IMG/VR virus record: IMGVR_UViG_3300025436_000002
Span: 32,001 to 96,000 of that record
Reading direction: 5' to 3' (one strand)
DNA length: 64,000 nt
Source of the DNA: a virus
Shown here: positions 18,375-28,229 of the stretch, piece after piece
Numbering within the stretch: position 1 is the first letter of the stretch
How the letters are laid out: each line of letters starts with the position of its first letter
The notes under the pieces: generated by a model
Seen by the model: only the letters and a program-made list of their open reading frames with translations
Told to the model about the DNA's origin: nothing
The model's database searches: none
Translations under genes and position numbers: made by a program

Positions 18375-20453
18375 ATGGCTTTAAAATTAGATAGTTTATC
18401 ATTTAGCCAAGTACAGTTAAGTTTAACAAATTACTTCAACTCACAGACGGATAGTGGTAAGTGGAAAGATTTCTATGCCAGCTCAACAGGTAGCATATTT
18501 ATTAGACTTCTTTCTACGTTTGGGAGTTTCATAAGCTATTTAGTCACGGTGGCTAGAAGAGAAGTATATTTATCGTATGCACAGAATCGTACAAGTTTAA
18601 TAGGGATAGCACAGAACTTAGGATATTCAGTATCTAGGGGTAAAAATGAAGTAGTTCAGTTAGTAATAACTCCAAATATGACTGGACTAATTCCTGCATA
18701 TACAAGTATAGGTACTGTTAAGAACTATGAAATAGTCACGGTAGAAGGTACTCAACTTAACAAAGGGGTTTCTTCCACTATTAGCGTCTATCTCGGCAAC
18801 TTAATGAGCGAAAGTATTACAATAGATACAGAAGGATTAAAAATATTTAGATTTATATCTTCTAATGTCAGTGACTATGTGAGATTAAAATTAAATGATA
18901 TAGTTATTCCGTCATCCATAAACTCTAAAGACCTGTGGAATGACATGTATCTTACTATATCTAATCCATTAGGGGCAGTAGATGTAGCTTATATCCAAGA
19001 GGGTGTATATAAGTATAAACCTACCGACATCTTAACTCTGGAGTATATAGAATTATCAAATGTATCTTATAAAATAACCGATCTTATTATTGATAAGGGG
19101 ACTATAACCTCCGTAAATAAAGTACTATCTTACATAACTCCAGAACCTAATGACAGTATAAGAATAAAAGCACCTTTATGTCATGAAACTCAAGTTCTCG
19201 TAAGAGCTAGAAATGACTACTTAAAAGAATTCAAAAACTTAGGATATAACTTTTCAGATACAAATAGTAGGGATTTCACACCTGCCATAGTCGATCTTAG
19301 TTATGTAAGGAATGATTATACTATCATGACTTCATCCGAAGAAACTAGCATTGTGAGTCAACTAGATAACATGAGAGCCATGGGAGTTCCTATCCCTATA
19401 ATAAAGGAACCCGTCCATTTCAAGTTAGAGATAGACTTTGATATAAAAAGAAACTCAAATAGTATTGTGAATATTATAGATGTTGAAGCTGACGTGGCAA
19501 GTATTACTGAATCCTATGAAAAGACCATGAGACCTTCCATAGATTTAGAACTTCTTGAAAAGAATATAGATGATTTTTCATACGTTAAGAGAACTAGAAT
19601 AAGCGTACACGCTACCAATAGGATAAATAGCACAAAGTATAGGTTAGGAGATTTTATAGCTTCTCCTTTGTCAGGTAGTAAGGTGTACATGGCTTATGAT
19701 TTTATTAGAAACTCTGATACTTTAGAACCTTCTTGGGTGTATACTGATGGAAGTTTAATAGTAGATAATGGATTAGTGTGGCAGTGTATCCCGAGATACG
19801 GAAAAAATCCACCTACTTGGTATGCTTCGAGGAGTTATAAACTTGGGGATCTAGTTAGAAGTACTTCAATAGTTGATCCGTCTATAGAGTTTATGTTTGA
19901 ATGTATAGCTATTCAGAAATATTCAGGTACTATAATACCTAGTTTTACGACAGTACTCCAAGACTTTACTGAGGATAACGGATTGATATGGGTATGTAAG
20001 TCTAAGATAGCTAGTGGTTTAGCTTGGACTCCTAGCACTATGTATAATATTGGGGACTCTATATTAGAGGGAGAATTTTCCTATGAAGTAGTCGGATTTA
20101 GAGGAACCTCTTCTGGATCACTACCCGTATTTAAGGATATAGAATACTACGAATTAATCTGGGTAGACATTCCTAACTATACTTTTAGAATAGCTGGGGA
20201 TAAAACACAACATATATTAGTTAACGATACAATACAAGTTCAAGAGTCTACTGGAAATGATGGATATTATACAGTAGTCAGTTCTACCTTTTCGGGAGGA
20301 AATACTGACGTGGTAGTTAGTCAAGTTATTCCTTCAAGTGTTATAGATGGAAAACTCTACCTTGAAGATACATTAACTAGAGACGGAGATATTCTTTGGA
20401 AATATTTCGATGAGAATGAAGTCTTGTTCAATTATGGCTGGAATAATTTATAA
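18375..20453 (+). CDS. baseplate wedge subunit (gp6/J-like) with accessory repeats
   Basis: WKDFYASSTGS, REVYLSYAQNRTS..IAQNLGY; DNGLVWQC/DNGLIWVC and WxxxxxYxxGD repeats. Confidence 0.9.
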   Translation: MALKLDSLSFSQVQLSLTNYFNSQTDSGKWKDFYASSTGSIFIRLLSTFGSFISYLVTVARREVYLSYAQNRTSLIGIAQNLGYSVSRGKNEVVQLVITPNMTGLIPAYTSIGTVKNYEIVTVEGTQLNKGVSSTISVYLGNLMSESITIDTEGLKIFRFISSNVSDYVRLKLNDIVIPSSINSKDLWNDMYLTISNPLGAVDVAYIQEGVYKYKPTDILTLEYIELSNVSYKITDLIIDKGTITSVNKVLSYITPEPNDSIRIKAPLCHETQVLVRARNDYLKEFKNLGYNFSDTNSRDFTPAIVDLSYVRNDYTIMTSSEETSIVSQLDNMRAMGVPIPIIKEPVHFKLEIDFDIKRNSNSIVNIIDVEADVASITESYEKTMRPSIDLELLEKNIDDFSYVKRTRISVHATNRINSTKYRLGDFIASPLSGSKVYMAYDFIRNSDTLEPSWVYTDGSLIVDNGLVWQCIPRYGKNPPTWYASRSYKLGDLVRSTSIVDPSIEFMFECIAIQKYSGTIIPSFTTVLQDFTEDNGLIWVCKSKIASGLAWTPSTMYNIGDSILEGEFSYEVVGFRGTSSGSLPVFKDIEYYELIWVDIPNYTFRIAGDKTQHILVNDTIQVQESTGNDGYYTVVSSTFSGGNTDVVVSQVIPSSVIDGKLYLEDTLTRDGDILWKYFDENEVLFNYGWNNL

Positions 20454-20532
20454 AAATAAAGAATAATGTAATACTGTCTTAGATTTTATATTATATTATA
20501 TGTAGGGTGTTAGAAGTAGTGGGATTTAGAGA

Positions 20533-21189
20533 ATGTTCAACCATTCAGTAAGACGTTGGATACCACAAAGTTTCTCGGAAAGAGAACTTGTAAAGCAGTT
20601 TGCGGATTCCGTAGACTGGCTTTTAAGTGTTGATTATCCGTACTCTGATAAAATGTCAGCTAGGTTTGACTCTGTTAAGAATAAATATAGAAGCATGCAA
20701 GATATTCCTTTAGAGGACGTATATGAAATAATAAGTGAATTCGGATATCAACACATGACGGAGATTCTAAACTCAGATGAGGACTCTATAAGAACTTTTC
20801 TAGGATTTCTAAACTTTATTCATATGAATAAAGGAACTAGAAAAGGTATGGAATTTGTATTTAGACTTCTAAATATGGATTATGAAGTATCTGAATGGTG
20901 GGAGCAGTCCCCTATGGGAGAACAACATACATTCAATATAGACCTATTAAGTTTTTCTCCCAATGATATAAGGGGTTTTGAAGTAATAAATAAGATAATA
21001 GATTTCACCAGGAACTATGTATACCCCATACTAAATAATTTAACAATACAATTCGTATTAGATGATCTTTTCTTAAACTGGGCTATAGTGAGTCAACAGG
21101 CTGTATATATAACACTACAACCAGATACAGATATTCCATCTACATTAATATGGAATGAGGGAAACTGGAATCAAAAAAATTGGGCTTAA
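20533..21189 (+). CDS. baseplate wedge protein (P2 gpI/gp7-like)
   Basis: HMNKGTRKGMEFV, EVSEWWEQ; between wedge and fibre genes. Confidence 0.8.
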   Translation: MFNHSVRRWIPQSFSERELVKQFADSVDWLLSVDYPYSDKMSARFDSVKNKYRSMQDIPLEDVYEIISEFGYQHMTEILNSDEDSIRTFLGFLNFIHMNKGTRKGMEFVFRLLNMDYEVSEWWEQSPMGEQHTFNIDLLSFSPNDIRGFEVINKIIDFTRNYVYPILNNLTIQFVLDDLFLNWAIVSQQAVYITLQPDTDIPSTLIWNEGNWNQKNWA

Positions 21190-21230
21190 TTACAGTAATT
21201 AATATAAGATAAAGTTGGAGGAATATAGAT

Positions 21231-24200
21231 ATGAGTAGGTATACACCCATACTCACCGAGTTAGGAAGTCAGTTAATTTTAGATAGTTTAGCAAACGGTA
21301 CCAATATAACATTGAAGTATTTTGCTTGGGGGGATAGTAACGGATTTCAGACTCCTCCTAATCCTATACAGACTGCCTTAAATCATGAAGTGTATAGAAA
21401 AGAAATAGACTATGTTTTTCTGGATCCAAACATGATTAACTGGTTAGATGTTCTAACTATAATTCCAAGTGACGTTGGGGGATTTACTGTAAGAGAAGTT
21501 GGGATATTTACTCAAGATGGTAGTCTGTTCGCAGTAGCGGAACACCCTGAATTTTATAAGTCAATACCTATCGATGGAACCACCATAGAATTTAAAGAAA
21601 AATTTATAATTAAGATAGGAAACCTTACAGAGGTAAATATAACCCTGAATCCTATGTCGACTCTGGATGCTACCAGCATAGGCAACGGTTCTGTAAGTAA
21701 TGAAGAGTTCCAGTGTCTTGACGGAGTAACTTCACCTATCCAACCCCAGTTAGACGGTAAAGTTAATAGAGTCGGAGATACCATGACTGGAAATTTAACC
21801 ATTCCAGAAGGTACTTTAAGTGGACATGCTGTGAATAAGGGACAATTAGACGCAAAAGTTGATAGAGCTGGAGATACCATGACTGGAAATTTAACTATTC
21901 CAGATGGTACTTTAAGCGGGCATGCTGTGAATCTAGGTCAATTGGGGAGTATACTTGAGGCAAAACTACCCCCAACTTTCTTGTCAGGATTAACATTATC
22001 TAATAGTAATTCTTCAGGAGCGACTGAGATAATAGCTGTAGGTACTACTTCTAATACAGCTTATAGATCCCTTGATAATGGAGCTACATGGGACCTCGGA
22101 GTTCCAATACCTACCGAAATAAGTAATTCAGCAGTAGATAGTATAACTCAGTTAATGAATGGGGACCTACTAGCTACTGGAAACGTCACACAGTTAATAT
22201 ATAGATCTACAGATAGGGGATACACTTGGACAAGTGGTACAAAAGTAGACCCTTCAGTAGTTATCTCATTAAGGGGAATTACTCAACTTACTAACGGGGA
22301 TGTACTAGCCACAGGATTCACATCTAATAAAGTGTACAGATCCATCGATAATGGAGTTACATGGGACCCTGGAGTTTTAGTAAGAACTGGGGCGGGTCTT
22401 CAGAATATAACTCAACTAGCTAACGGATACATACTCGCTACAGGGGATACAACTAAAAAAGTTTATACTTCTAAGGATAATGGAGTAACATGGGGTGACG
22501 GGGTACTAGTACCGAGTGCTACATCATTATCCAACATAGTTCAATCAAAAGACGGTCCTATCCTAGTTTTAGCGAGGAATGATCGTAAAATATATAAATC
22601 TACGGATGTGGGAAATCTAGGAACTACCTGGGATCCTGGAACTTCAATACCCGTACCTGTTGGTACTAGCTTACACGGGTTATGCAAAACAATAACTGGA
22701 GACATACTAGTCTCTGGAAATGGAAATAAAATATTTAGATCCCTATACCCTAGTAACGGAGCTGATTGGGATGCTGGAACTTTTATAGCGACTGGAGCTA
22801 GTGTTACAGGCTTAGTACAGGTAAGAACATCTGGAGATATATTAGCTACAGGATACCAATCTGACAGTATCCATAGATCAAGCGATCAAGGACTTAACTG
22901 GGATTCTGGCTCTTTAGTGGAATATGGATCAGGATTAGATAGCATGGTACAACTAGCCAGTAGTGAGCTACTTGTAACAGGTAATACTTCTAATAAAGTA
23001 TATAAATCCATCGATAAAGGAGATACATGGGACTCGGGAGTTCTCATAACAGATGCCTCTAGTATCGGGGATATTACTCAGTTAGTAAATGGAAGTATTC
23101 TAGTAACTGATAGAGTAACAGATAAAGTATATAAATCCATCGATAAAGGAGATACATGGGACTCAGGGGTTTTAATAGAAAATTTAATAGCCGTAACTCC
23201 AAACACGCAAGTTTCTGGATCGAATAGCTATAATTTTAGCATAAATGGAGATGTTACATCCCAAATACCAGACCACTCCACAGTTAAGATGCAAGGAGGT
23301 TCTGGAATAGAATATGTAGTGAGTGCTACTTATGATGGCATAAACGATATCACTAACATATTTAGAGATGATAGTCTCGAGATAGACCCTATTGATAGAG
23401 CCTTATATGCTGGAGGGACACTACTTAAAAAGTCTACAAGTAACTCTATTCGAGGAATACTCCAAACATCTAACGGAAGTATACTAGTTACTGGAGAAGA
23501 CTCAGGTAAAGTATACAAGTCGTTTGATAACGGGGCTACATGGGATATTGGAACTTTAATTGATTCTGGAGCAGGTATATGCGACATCATACAAACAGCT
23601 AATGGAAGTATAAGGGTACTCGGATATACTTCAAATAAAGTGTACACGTCTACAGACAACGGGAATACATGGGACTCTGGAGTTTTAGTGGCTAGTGGGG
23701 CAGGGCTTATAGGGATAATTCAGACAGATTATGGAGATTTAGTAGTTACAGGAGCATTATCTAAAAAAGTATATAGGTCTAGGAATAACGGACTCAACTG
23801 GAGTAGTGGAGTTTCTTCTTATGTAAATCCTCGCCCAATATCAGTTAATGTTTTAACCAACGGAGATGTAGCTGTATGTGGTTACAGTTCTGATAGGATA
23901 TACCTGTCTGAGGATAATGGATCCACTTGGGATAGTGGTTCTTTAGTATCCAATGGAACAGGACTAATGTCAGTTATTCAGTTAGCCAATGGAGACCTCC
24001 TTGCAACTAATGAAATGTCAAATAGGGTATTTAAGTCTACAGACTATGGAGTTACTTGGGATACTGGGATTGTAGTAGCTTCTGGATTCTTTTTAGACGG
24101 AATAATACAACTAAGCAATGGAAGTATACTAGCAGTAGCCCATAATAATGATAAGGTCTATAAGTCCATAGATAATGGAGCTACATGGAATACTGGAACT

Positions 24201-25424
24201 GTCATATCCACAGGAGCTGGAATACGTAATTTAGTTCAGTCAACAATTGGGATATCTTCGGGACGTATATTTGCTACGGGAGAGCATACTAACAAAGTAT
24301 ACATGTCTACAGATAATGGAGTAACATGGAATGGCGGTGGAGGTAGTGGAAATCCTTGGCTTACTGGGATATTAGTATCTGCTGGGGCAGGTATTTTTGG
24401 AATAACTGAGGATACTAACGGAAACTTGTTAGTTACGGGAAGTACTTCCCACAAAGTATACAAGTCCACCGACGATGGACTAACATGGAATGGAGGGAAT
24501 GTATCTCCATGGCAAACAGGAATTCTGATAGGGGATAGTGCTACGGGCATAACCCAAATAACAAATGGAGATATTCTAGTAGCTGGAAATTCTTCGAATA
24601 GGATATACAGGTCTACTAATGGTGGGGAGAGTTGGGACGCAGGGAGCTTCTCCTATGAGAATTTCAGCTTAGGTGATGTAATGCAACTATCCGTAGATTC
24701 TGGAGTAGGGATAGACATATCCGCAGGTAAAGCCAGATCTGATGATGACACGGCTAATATCGAATTTACAAGTTTATCTTCATCTTTTAAAACATTAGAT
24801 AGCCTTTTTATAGAAGGTACTGGGAATGGCGGATTGGATGAAGGGGTAAAAACAATAAACACTTGGTATCATGTATATGTTATCTCTAAACTAGACGGTA
24901 CTAGTGATATATTATTTTCTCAAAACGCAGTATCTCCCATAATGCCTACAGACTTTGTATACCAAAGAAGGGTTGGAAGTATTCTTACAGACTTATACGG
25001 TGGAATAGTAAAATTTCAACAGAGGGGGGACAAGTTTTATTACTTAAACCCTAGAACCGATTATTATTCAGGAACTCCTGGAACTCCTTCTGGATCTTGG
25101 ACACTTTTACCCCTAGGAACTCCATACGGAGTTCGTTGTGAAGCCCTCATGAACATTTCTATTGTAGGAGGAGCTCCTGGGAATGGATTAGAAGCTCTTA
25201 TATATGTAAAACCTACATTTATGAATACTCCGCAGCATTTTGTAGGAATATACCCAAGAGCAGACGGTGGAGGAGATTATGTAGGAAGTAGAGATAGTAG
25301 TGGTATTTCTATATTTACGGATACAGCATCTAGAATACATAGAAAAGAGACTACAGCTGGGCAAACTTGGGCTACTTTTGAATATGATACCTATGGTTGG
25401 ATTGATACTAGGGGAAAAAATTAA
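21231..25424 (+). CDS. tail fibre / receptor-binding protein with BNR (Asp-box) beta-propeller repeats
   Basis: N-terminal tail-collar fibre motif (ILTELG, GGFTVREVGIF); about 20 S-x-D-x-G-x-T-W repeats; C-terminal NTWYHVY...RRVGS domain. Confidence 0.9.
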   Translation: MSRYTPILTELGSQLILDSLANGTNITLKYFAWGDSNGFQTPPNPIQTALNHEVYRKEIDYVFLDPNMINWLDVLTIIPSDVGGFTVREVGIFTQDGSLFAVAEHPEFYKSIPIDGTTIEFKEKFIIKIGNLTEVNITLNPMSTLDATSIGNGSVSNEEFQCLDGVTSPIQPQLDGKVNRVGDTMTGNLTIPEGTLSGHAVNKGQLDAKVDRAGDTMTGNLTIPDGTLSGHAVNLGQLGSILEAKLPPTFLSGLTLSNSNSSGATEIIAVGTTSNTAYRSLDNGATWDLGVPIPTEISNSAVDSITQLMNGDLLATGNVTQLIYRSTDRGYTWTSGTKVDPSVVISLRGITQLTNGDVLATGFTSNKVYRSIDNGVTWDPGVLVRTGAGLQNITQLANGYILATGDTTKKVYTSKDNGVTWGDGVLVPSATSLSNIVQSKDGPILVLARNDRKIYKSTDVGNLGTTWDPGTSIPVPVGTSLHGLCKTITGDILVSGNGNKIFRSLYPSNGADWDAGTFIATGASVTGLVQVRTSGDILATGYQSDSIHRSSDQGLNWDSGSLVEYGSGLDSMVQLASSELLVTGNTSNKVYKSIDKGDTWDSGVLITDASSIGDITQLVNGSILVTDRVTDKVYKSIDKGDTWDSGVLIENLIAVTPNTQVSGSNSYNFSINGDVTSQIPDHSTVKMQGGSGIEYVVSATYDGINDITNIFRDDSLEIDPIDRALYAGGTLLKKSTSNSIRGILQTSNGSILVTGEDSGKVYKSFDNGATWDIGTLIDSGAGICDIIQTANGSIRVLGYTSNKVYTSTDNGNTWDSGVLVASGAGLIGIIQTDYGDLVVTGALSKKVYRSRNNGLNWSSGVSSYVNPRPISVNVLTNGDVAVCGYSSDRIYLSEDNGSTWDSGSLVSNGTGLMSVIQLANGDLLATNEMSNRVFKSTDYGVTWDTGIVVASGFFLDGIIQLSNGSILAVAHNNDKVYKSIDNGATWNTGTVISTGAGIRNLVQSTIGISSGRIFATGEHTNKVYMSTDNGVTWNGGGGSGNPWLTGILVSAGAGIFGITEDTNGNLLVTGSTSHKVYKSTDDGLTWNGGNVSPWQTGILIGDSATGITQITNGDILVAGNSSNRIYRSTNGGESWDAGSFSYENFSLGDVMQLSVDSGVGIDISAGKARSDDDTANIEFTSLSSSFKTLDSLFIEGTGNGGLDEGVKTINTWYHVYVISKLDGTSDILFSQNAVSPIMPTDFVYQRRVGSILTDLYGGIVKFQQRGDKFYYLNPRTDYYSGTPGTPSGSWTLLPLGTPYGVRCEALMNISIVGGAPGNGLEALIYVKPTFMNTPQHFVGIYPRADGGGDYVGSRDSSGISIFTDTASRIHRKETTAGQTWATFEYDTYGWIDTRGKN
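21750..21941 (+). repeat. 96-bp tandem duplication (LDxKVxRxGDTMTGNLTIPxGTLSGHAVNxGQ) in the fibre stalk
   Basis: Two near-identical copies read from DNA and protein. Confidence 0.9.
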
Positions 25425-25442
25425 ATAGAGGAGAAAATATAT

Positions 25443-26081
25443 ATGAATGTTAATAGATCATGTCGAATACTTGACAAAAGAACTGGAGCTAACTATTTCG
25501 GAATGATAGATACTGAATTTGAAGGTTTAGATTTCTACCATTTAGTAGAGATTTCAAATAATGGTAAAAACTATGCCTTTAAGAACGGCATGATCGTAGA
25601 GAGTGTTTTAGACATGCCCGCAATAAGACAGCAAGGGATAGACTATCTAACAAAGAGGGTACTAGAACATAAGGCTGTAGAATTTATAATTCCTATAAAT
25701 ACAGCAGATAATAAAGTTATAAACATAGCTACTGATTTAAAGGATACTACCCTAGGTCAATGGCTTATTGTAAAGAATAAAATACCTAAAGACTTAAAAG
25801 ATGTAGATGGGAATGTTATAGCTACTAATGTAAGATATGTACAAGTGTTAAATAAAGATACACTTATGCAAGAGTTCGTACCATTAACAGAGGAAGAGAT
25901 ATTAAGACTTAATACATTCTTAACAAACTCGGTTGATGTGCTAACTTGTACTATAATAAACTTAACTAATTCAATACTGACAGCTCCAGATGAATTAGTA
26001 GCTAGGGTCTATAATATGACTGATGCAGAGAAAGAAGCACACATACTATATCTTATAGAAGTCAATACACCTACTTTTTAG
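25443..26081 (+). CDS. putative tail fibre assembly chaperone
   Basis: Directly after the fibre gene; GAGGAG RBS; last gene before a terminator. Confidence 0.55.
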   Translation: MNVNRSCRILDKRTGANYFGMIDTEFEGLDFYHLVEISNNGKNYAFKNGMIVESVLDMPAIRQQGIDYLTKRVLEHKAVEFIIPINTADNKVINIATDLKDTTLGQWLIVKNKIPKDLKDVDGNVIATNVRYVQVLNKDTLMQEFVPLTEEEILRLNTFLTNSVDVLTCTIINLTNSILTAPDELVARVYNMTDAEKEAHILYLIEVNTPTF

Positions 26082-26105
26082 AACTTCCCTCCAACACCCT
26101 TCTTT

Positions 26106-26134
26106 GAGCTTCATGAAAATGAGGCTCTTTTTTT
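26106..26134 (+). terminator. intrinsic terminator ending the tail operon
   Basis: GAGCTTCA-TGAAAA-TGAGGCTC followed by T7. Confidence 0.85.
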
Positions 26135-26146
26135 ATTGCAAGACTA

Positions 26147-26175
26147 TTGACTTTATAATAGACATGTGTTATAGT
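26147..26175 (+). promoter_or_regulatory. sigma70-type promoter P1
   Basis: TTGACT-N17-TATAGT with TG extension. Confidence 0.8.
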
Positions 26176-26181
26176 AATAAT

Positions 26182-26235
26182 GTGTTTCAAAAATTTGTCA
26201 TTTGTATCCTCCCTTAAATAAGGAGGATTTTTTTT
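26182..26235 (+). ncRNA. candidate small RNA 1
   Basis: Between P1 and hairpin ATCCTCC/GGAGGAT plus T run; no ORF; contains CAT-N6-CCTCCCTT. Confidence 0.6.
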
Positions 26236-26241
26236 ATCCTA

Positions 26242-26270
26242 TTGACATAGTAATTAATATATGCTATAAT
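26242..26270 (+). promoter_or_regulatory. sigma70-type promoter P2
   Basis: Perfect TTGACA-N17-TATAAT with TG extension. Confidence 0.88.
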
Positions 26271-26276
26271 GATACT

Positions 26277-26349
26277 ATAGGTATTGACGAGTACTTTGTC
26301 TCCTAGTCAACTCTACTTACATAACTCTCTCCTGACGAGGGGAGTTTTT
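26277..26349 (+). ncRNA. candidate small RNA 2
   Basis: Between P2 and hairpin AACTCTCTC/GAGGGGAGTT plus T run; 5' stem TTGAC/GTCAA; contains CAT-AA-CTCTCTCCT. Confidence 0.6.
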
Positions 26350-26358
26350 CTCTATATA

Positions 26359-26387
26359 TTGACTTTAAGGTTTAAGTATGATAATAT
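26359..26387 (+). promoter_or_regulatory. sigma70-type promoter P3 (replication operon)
   Basis: TTGACT-N17-TAATAT with TG extension. Confidence 0.7.
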
Positions 26388-26418
26388 ATTGTTATGTCAC
26401 AGTAAAAGGAGTATAACT

Positions 26419-26772
26419 ATGTTTTTCCCAGAGATAATTTTAGAAGAGGAAGACATTCAATATCTGTTACAAGAAGATGTATTTCAAGGTAGACTGTTAG
26501 ATAAGGAGAGTGGAACTAGCTATTATAGATTAAATCCTAGAAAGTTTGATCGTCTTATAGATATAGTCTATGACAGTAATCTTTTTGGGGATTCTGATAA
26601 GAACATGATAGAGTTCAACTTAAGAACAGTTGTTAAAATATTCACGAGTATTATCCAAAGAAAGGATAGTCTCATGATAACTAATGCCATCCTGAGTTAC
26701 TATCTTATAAATAAGGAGAATGCCATGACTCTCATGACATATCTAAGGGGTGACTTAAAGGATGGGGAATAA
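26419..26772 (+). CDS. hypothetical protein
   Basis: Start reassigned to 26419 (AAGGAG RBS); the upstream ORF extension overlaps a promoter and terminator. Confidence 0.75.
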   Translation: MFFPEIILEEEDIQYLLQEDVFQGRLLDKESGTSYYRLNPRKFDRLIDIVYDSNLFGDSDKNMIEFNLRTVVKIFTSIIQRKDSLMITNAILSYYLINKENAMTLMTYLRGDLKDGE

Positions 26773-27679
26773 AGATTTATTGATACTTATAGACTACTCT
26801 TGGCTACTGAATCGTTGTCATTGGGGGTATTCAAAACATCCGTCTTGTCATATTAACATAGAAGGTGAGAAAGTTTACATAGGTTCCATACTGGGACTAT
26901 CCTTATTTACTGAAAAAGTATCTAAGAAATATCCAGAAGCTAAGATAGTATTTATCATGGACGGAAAGTGTACTAAGAAAACATTAAACGAAGACTACAA
27001 AGCTGGGAGGGTTAAGAAGGAAGATGTCCATGTTAATGATAAGGAGATAATTAACATACTAAGTAACGTACCTAAAGTATATTTTGCTATCAATGATAAA
27101 CAGGAGGCTGATGATCTTATTGCAAGCATGGCATATAAATTTAAAGATACATTTAAGGAAGTTATCATACACTCAGGGGATTGTGATTTCTGGCAATTGA
27201 GTGATACTTTTACAGTATCGAAAGAGTATGAAAAAGGATTTAAGAAAATAAAACCTATAGATGTTTTAAATAAGTTTGGAGTTGATACCCAATCCCTACT
27301 AGCCTTTAGGGTACTGGATGGCGACTCATCTGACAATTTACCTAAACCCGTATCTAGGGTAAAAACTGAGTTTAAAGTAGAGATATCGGATAAATGGAAA
27401 GACGATTTGACTATTGATAACTTTACTGAAATAATGTATTCTTATAGAGGGACTCCAAATGAGAAGATAGCAGATAAGTATCTAGAAGCCATCGATACAG
27501 TAGAGACAAACTTATTGATTATGGATTTGAAAAAATATTCTAATCCAGAACTTCAGCTAAGTTATAACATGACTCGGATTAAAAATCCAGATAGATCTTT
27601 GATATCCTACTATAAGCTCTCACAGTTAGAAGGCTACATGTACGATTTAAGTAGAAAAAAGGAGACTAGTATTGGTTAA
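26762..27679 (+). CDS. 5'-3' exonuclease / flap endonuclease (T4 RNase H-like)
   Basis: LILID, YKAGR, EADDLIAS, SGDCDF, GDSSDNLP. Confidence 0.93.
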   Translation: MGNKDLLILIDYSWLLNRCHWGYSKHPSCHINIEGEKVYIGSILGLSLFTEKVSKKYPEAKIVFIMDGKCTKKTLNEDYKAGRVKKEDVHVNDKEIINILSNVPKVYFAINDKQEADDLIASMAYKFKDTFKEVIIHSGDCDFWQLSDTFTVSKEYEKGFKKIKPIDVLNKFGVDTQSLLAFRVLDGDSSDNLPKPVSRVKTEFKVEISDKWKDDLTIDNFTEIMYSYRGTPNEKIADKYLEAIDTVETNLLIMDLKKYSNPELQLSYNMTRIKNPDRSLISYYKLSQLEGYMYDLSRKKETSIG

Positions 27680-28229
27680 TATAGGTTTATACTCCCCTTC
27701 AATGCAATCTGGGAAAACTACTACGGCAGACTATCTTATGGCTTTTTACGGATATAAGAGAATAGTATTAGCTAAGACTCTTAAAAAAATGACAGAGGCT
27801 TTCATAAGAGGGCTAGGATATAGCGAAGATATGATTCAGAGAATGGTTTACGGAGATTTAAAAGAAACAGTTATACTCGAGATAGGAAAGACTCCTAGGT
27901 ATCTACAACAAACGATCGGAACTCAGTGGGGGCGGGCTTATATAGGGGATTCAGTGTGGTTGGATATAGGTACTAACAATCTGGATAAAAATATAAATCA
28001 TATTTGTGAGGATGTTAGATTCCTAAACGAAGCAGATACTTTTAGAGAAAAAGGATTTAAGCTTATAAAGATAGTAAGACCTAGTGCTGTAATCACAGAA
28101 GAACATGAGTCAGAAGGCAAACTAAATGATTACCCATGGGACTACACTATCATAAATGATGGAACGATTGAAGATTTTTATGGTAAGATAGATAGAATAA
28201 TGAAGGAGATTACAAATGAAAATCAATAA
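27672..28229 (+). CDS. deoxynucleoside monophosphate kinase
   Basis: QSGKTT, TPRYLQQTIGTQWGR, DVRFLNE, HESE. Confidence 0.93.
   Translation: MVNIGLYSPSMQSGKTTTADYLMAFYGYKRIVLAKTLKKMTEAFIRGLGYSEDMIQRMVYGDLKETVILEIGKTPRYLQQTIGTQWGRAYIGDSVWLDIGTNNLDKNINHICEDVRFLNEADTFREKGFKLIKIVRPSAVITEEHESEGKLNDYPWDYTIINDGTIEDFYGKIDRIMKEITNENQ

Noticed and set aside
21231-25424. Calling the fibre a sialidase
   Set aside because: Asp-boxes occur in many propellers; no FRIP motif or arginine triad could be identified by eye
26284-26418. N-terminal extension of ORF 26284..26772
   Set aside because: Overlaps a terminator hairpin and promoter P3; a good RBS precedes ATG 26419
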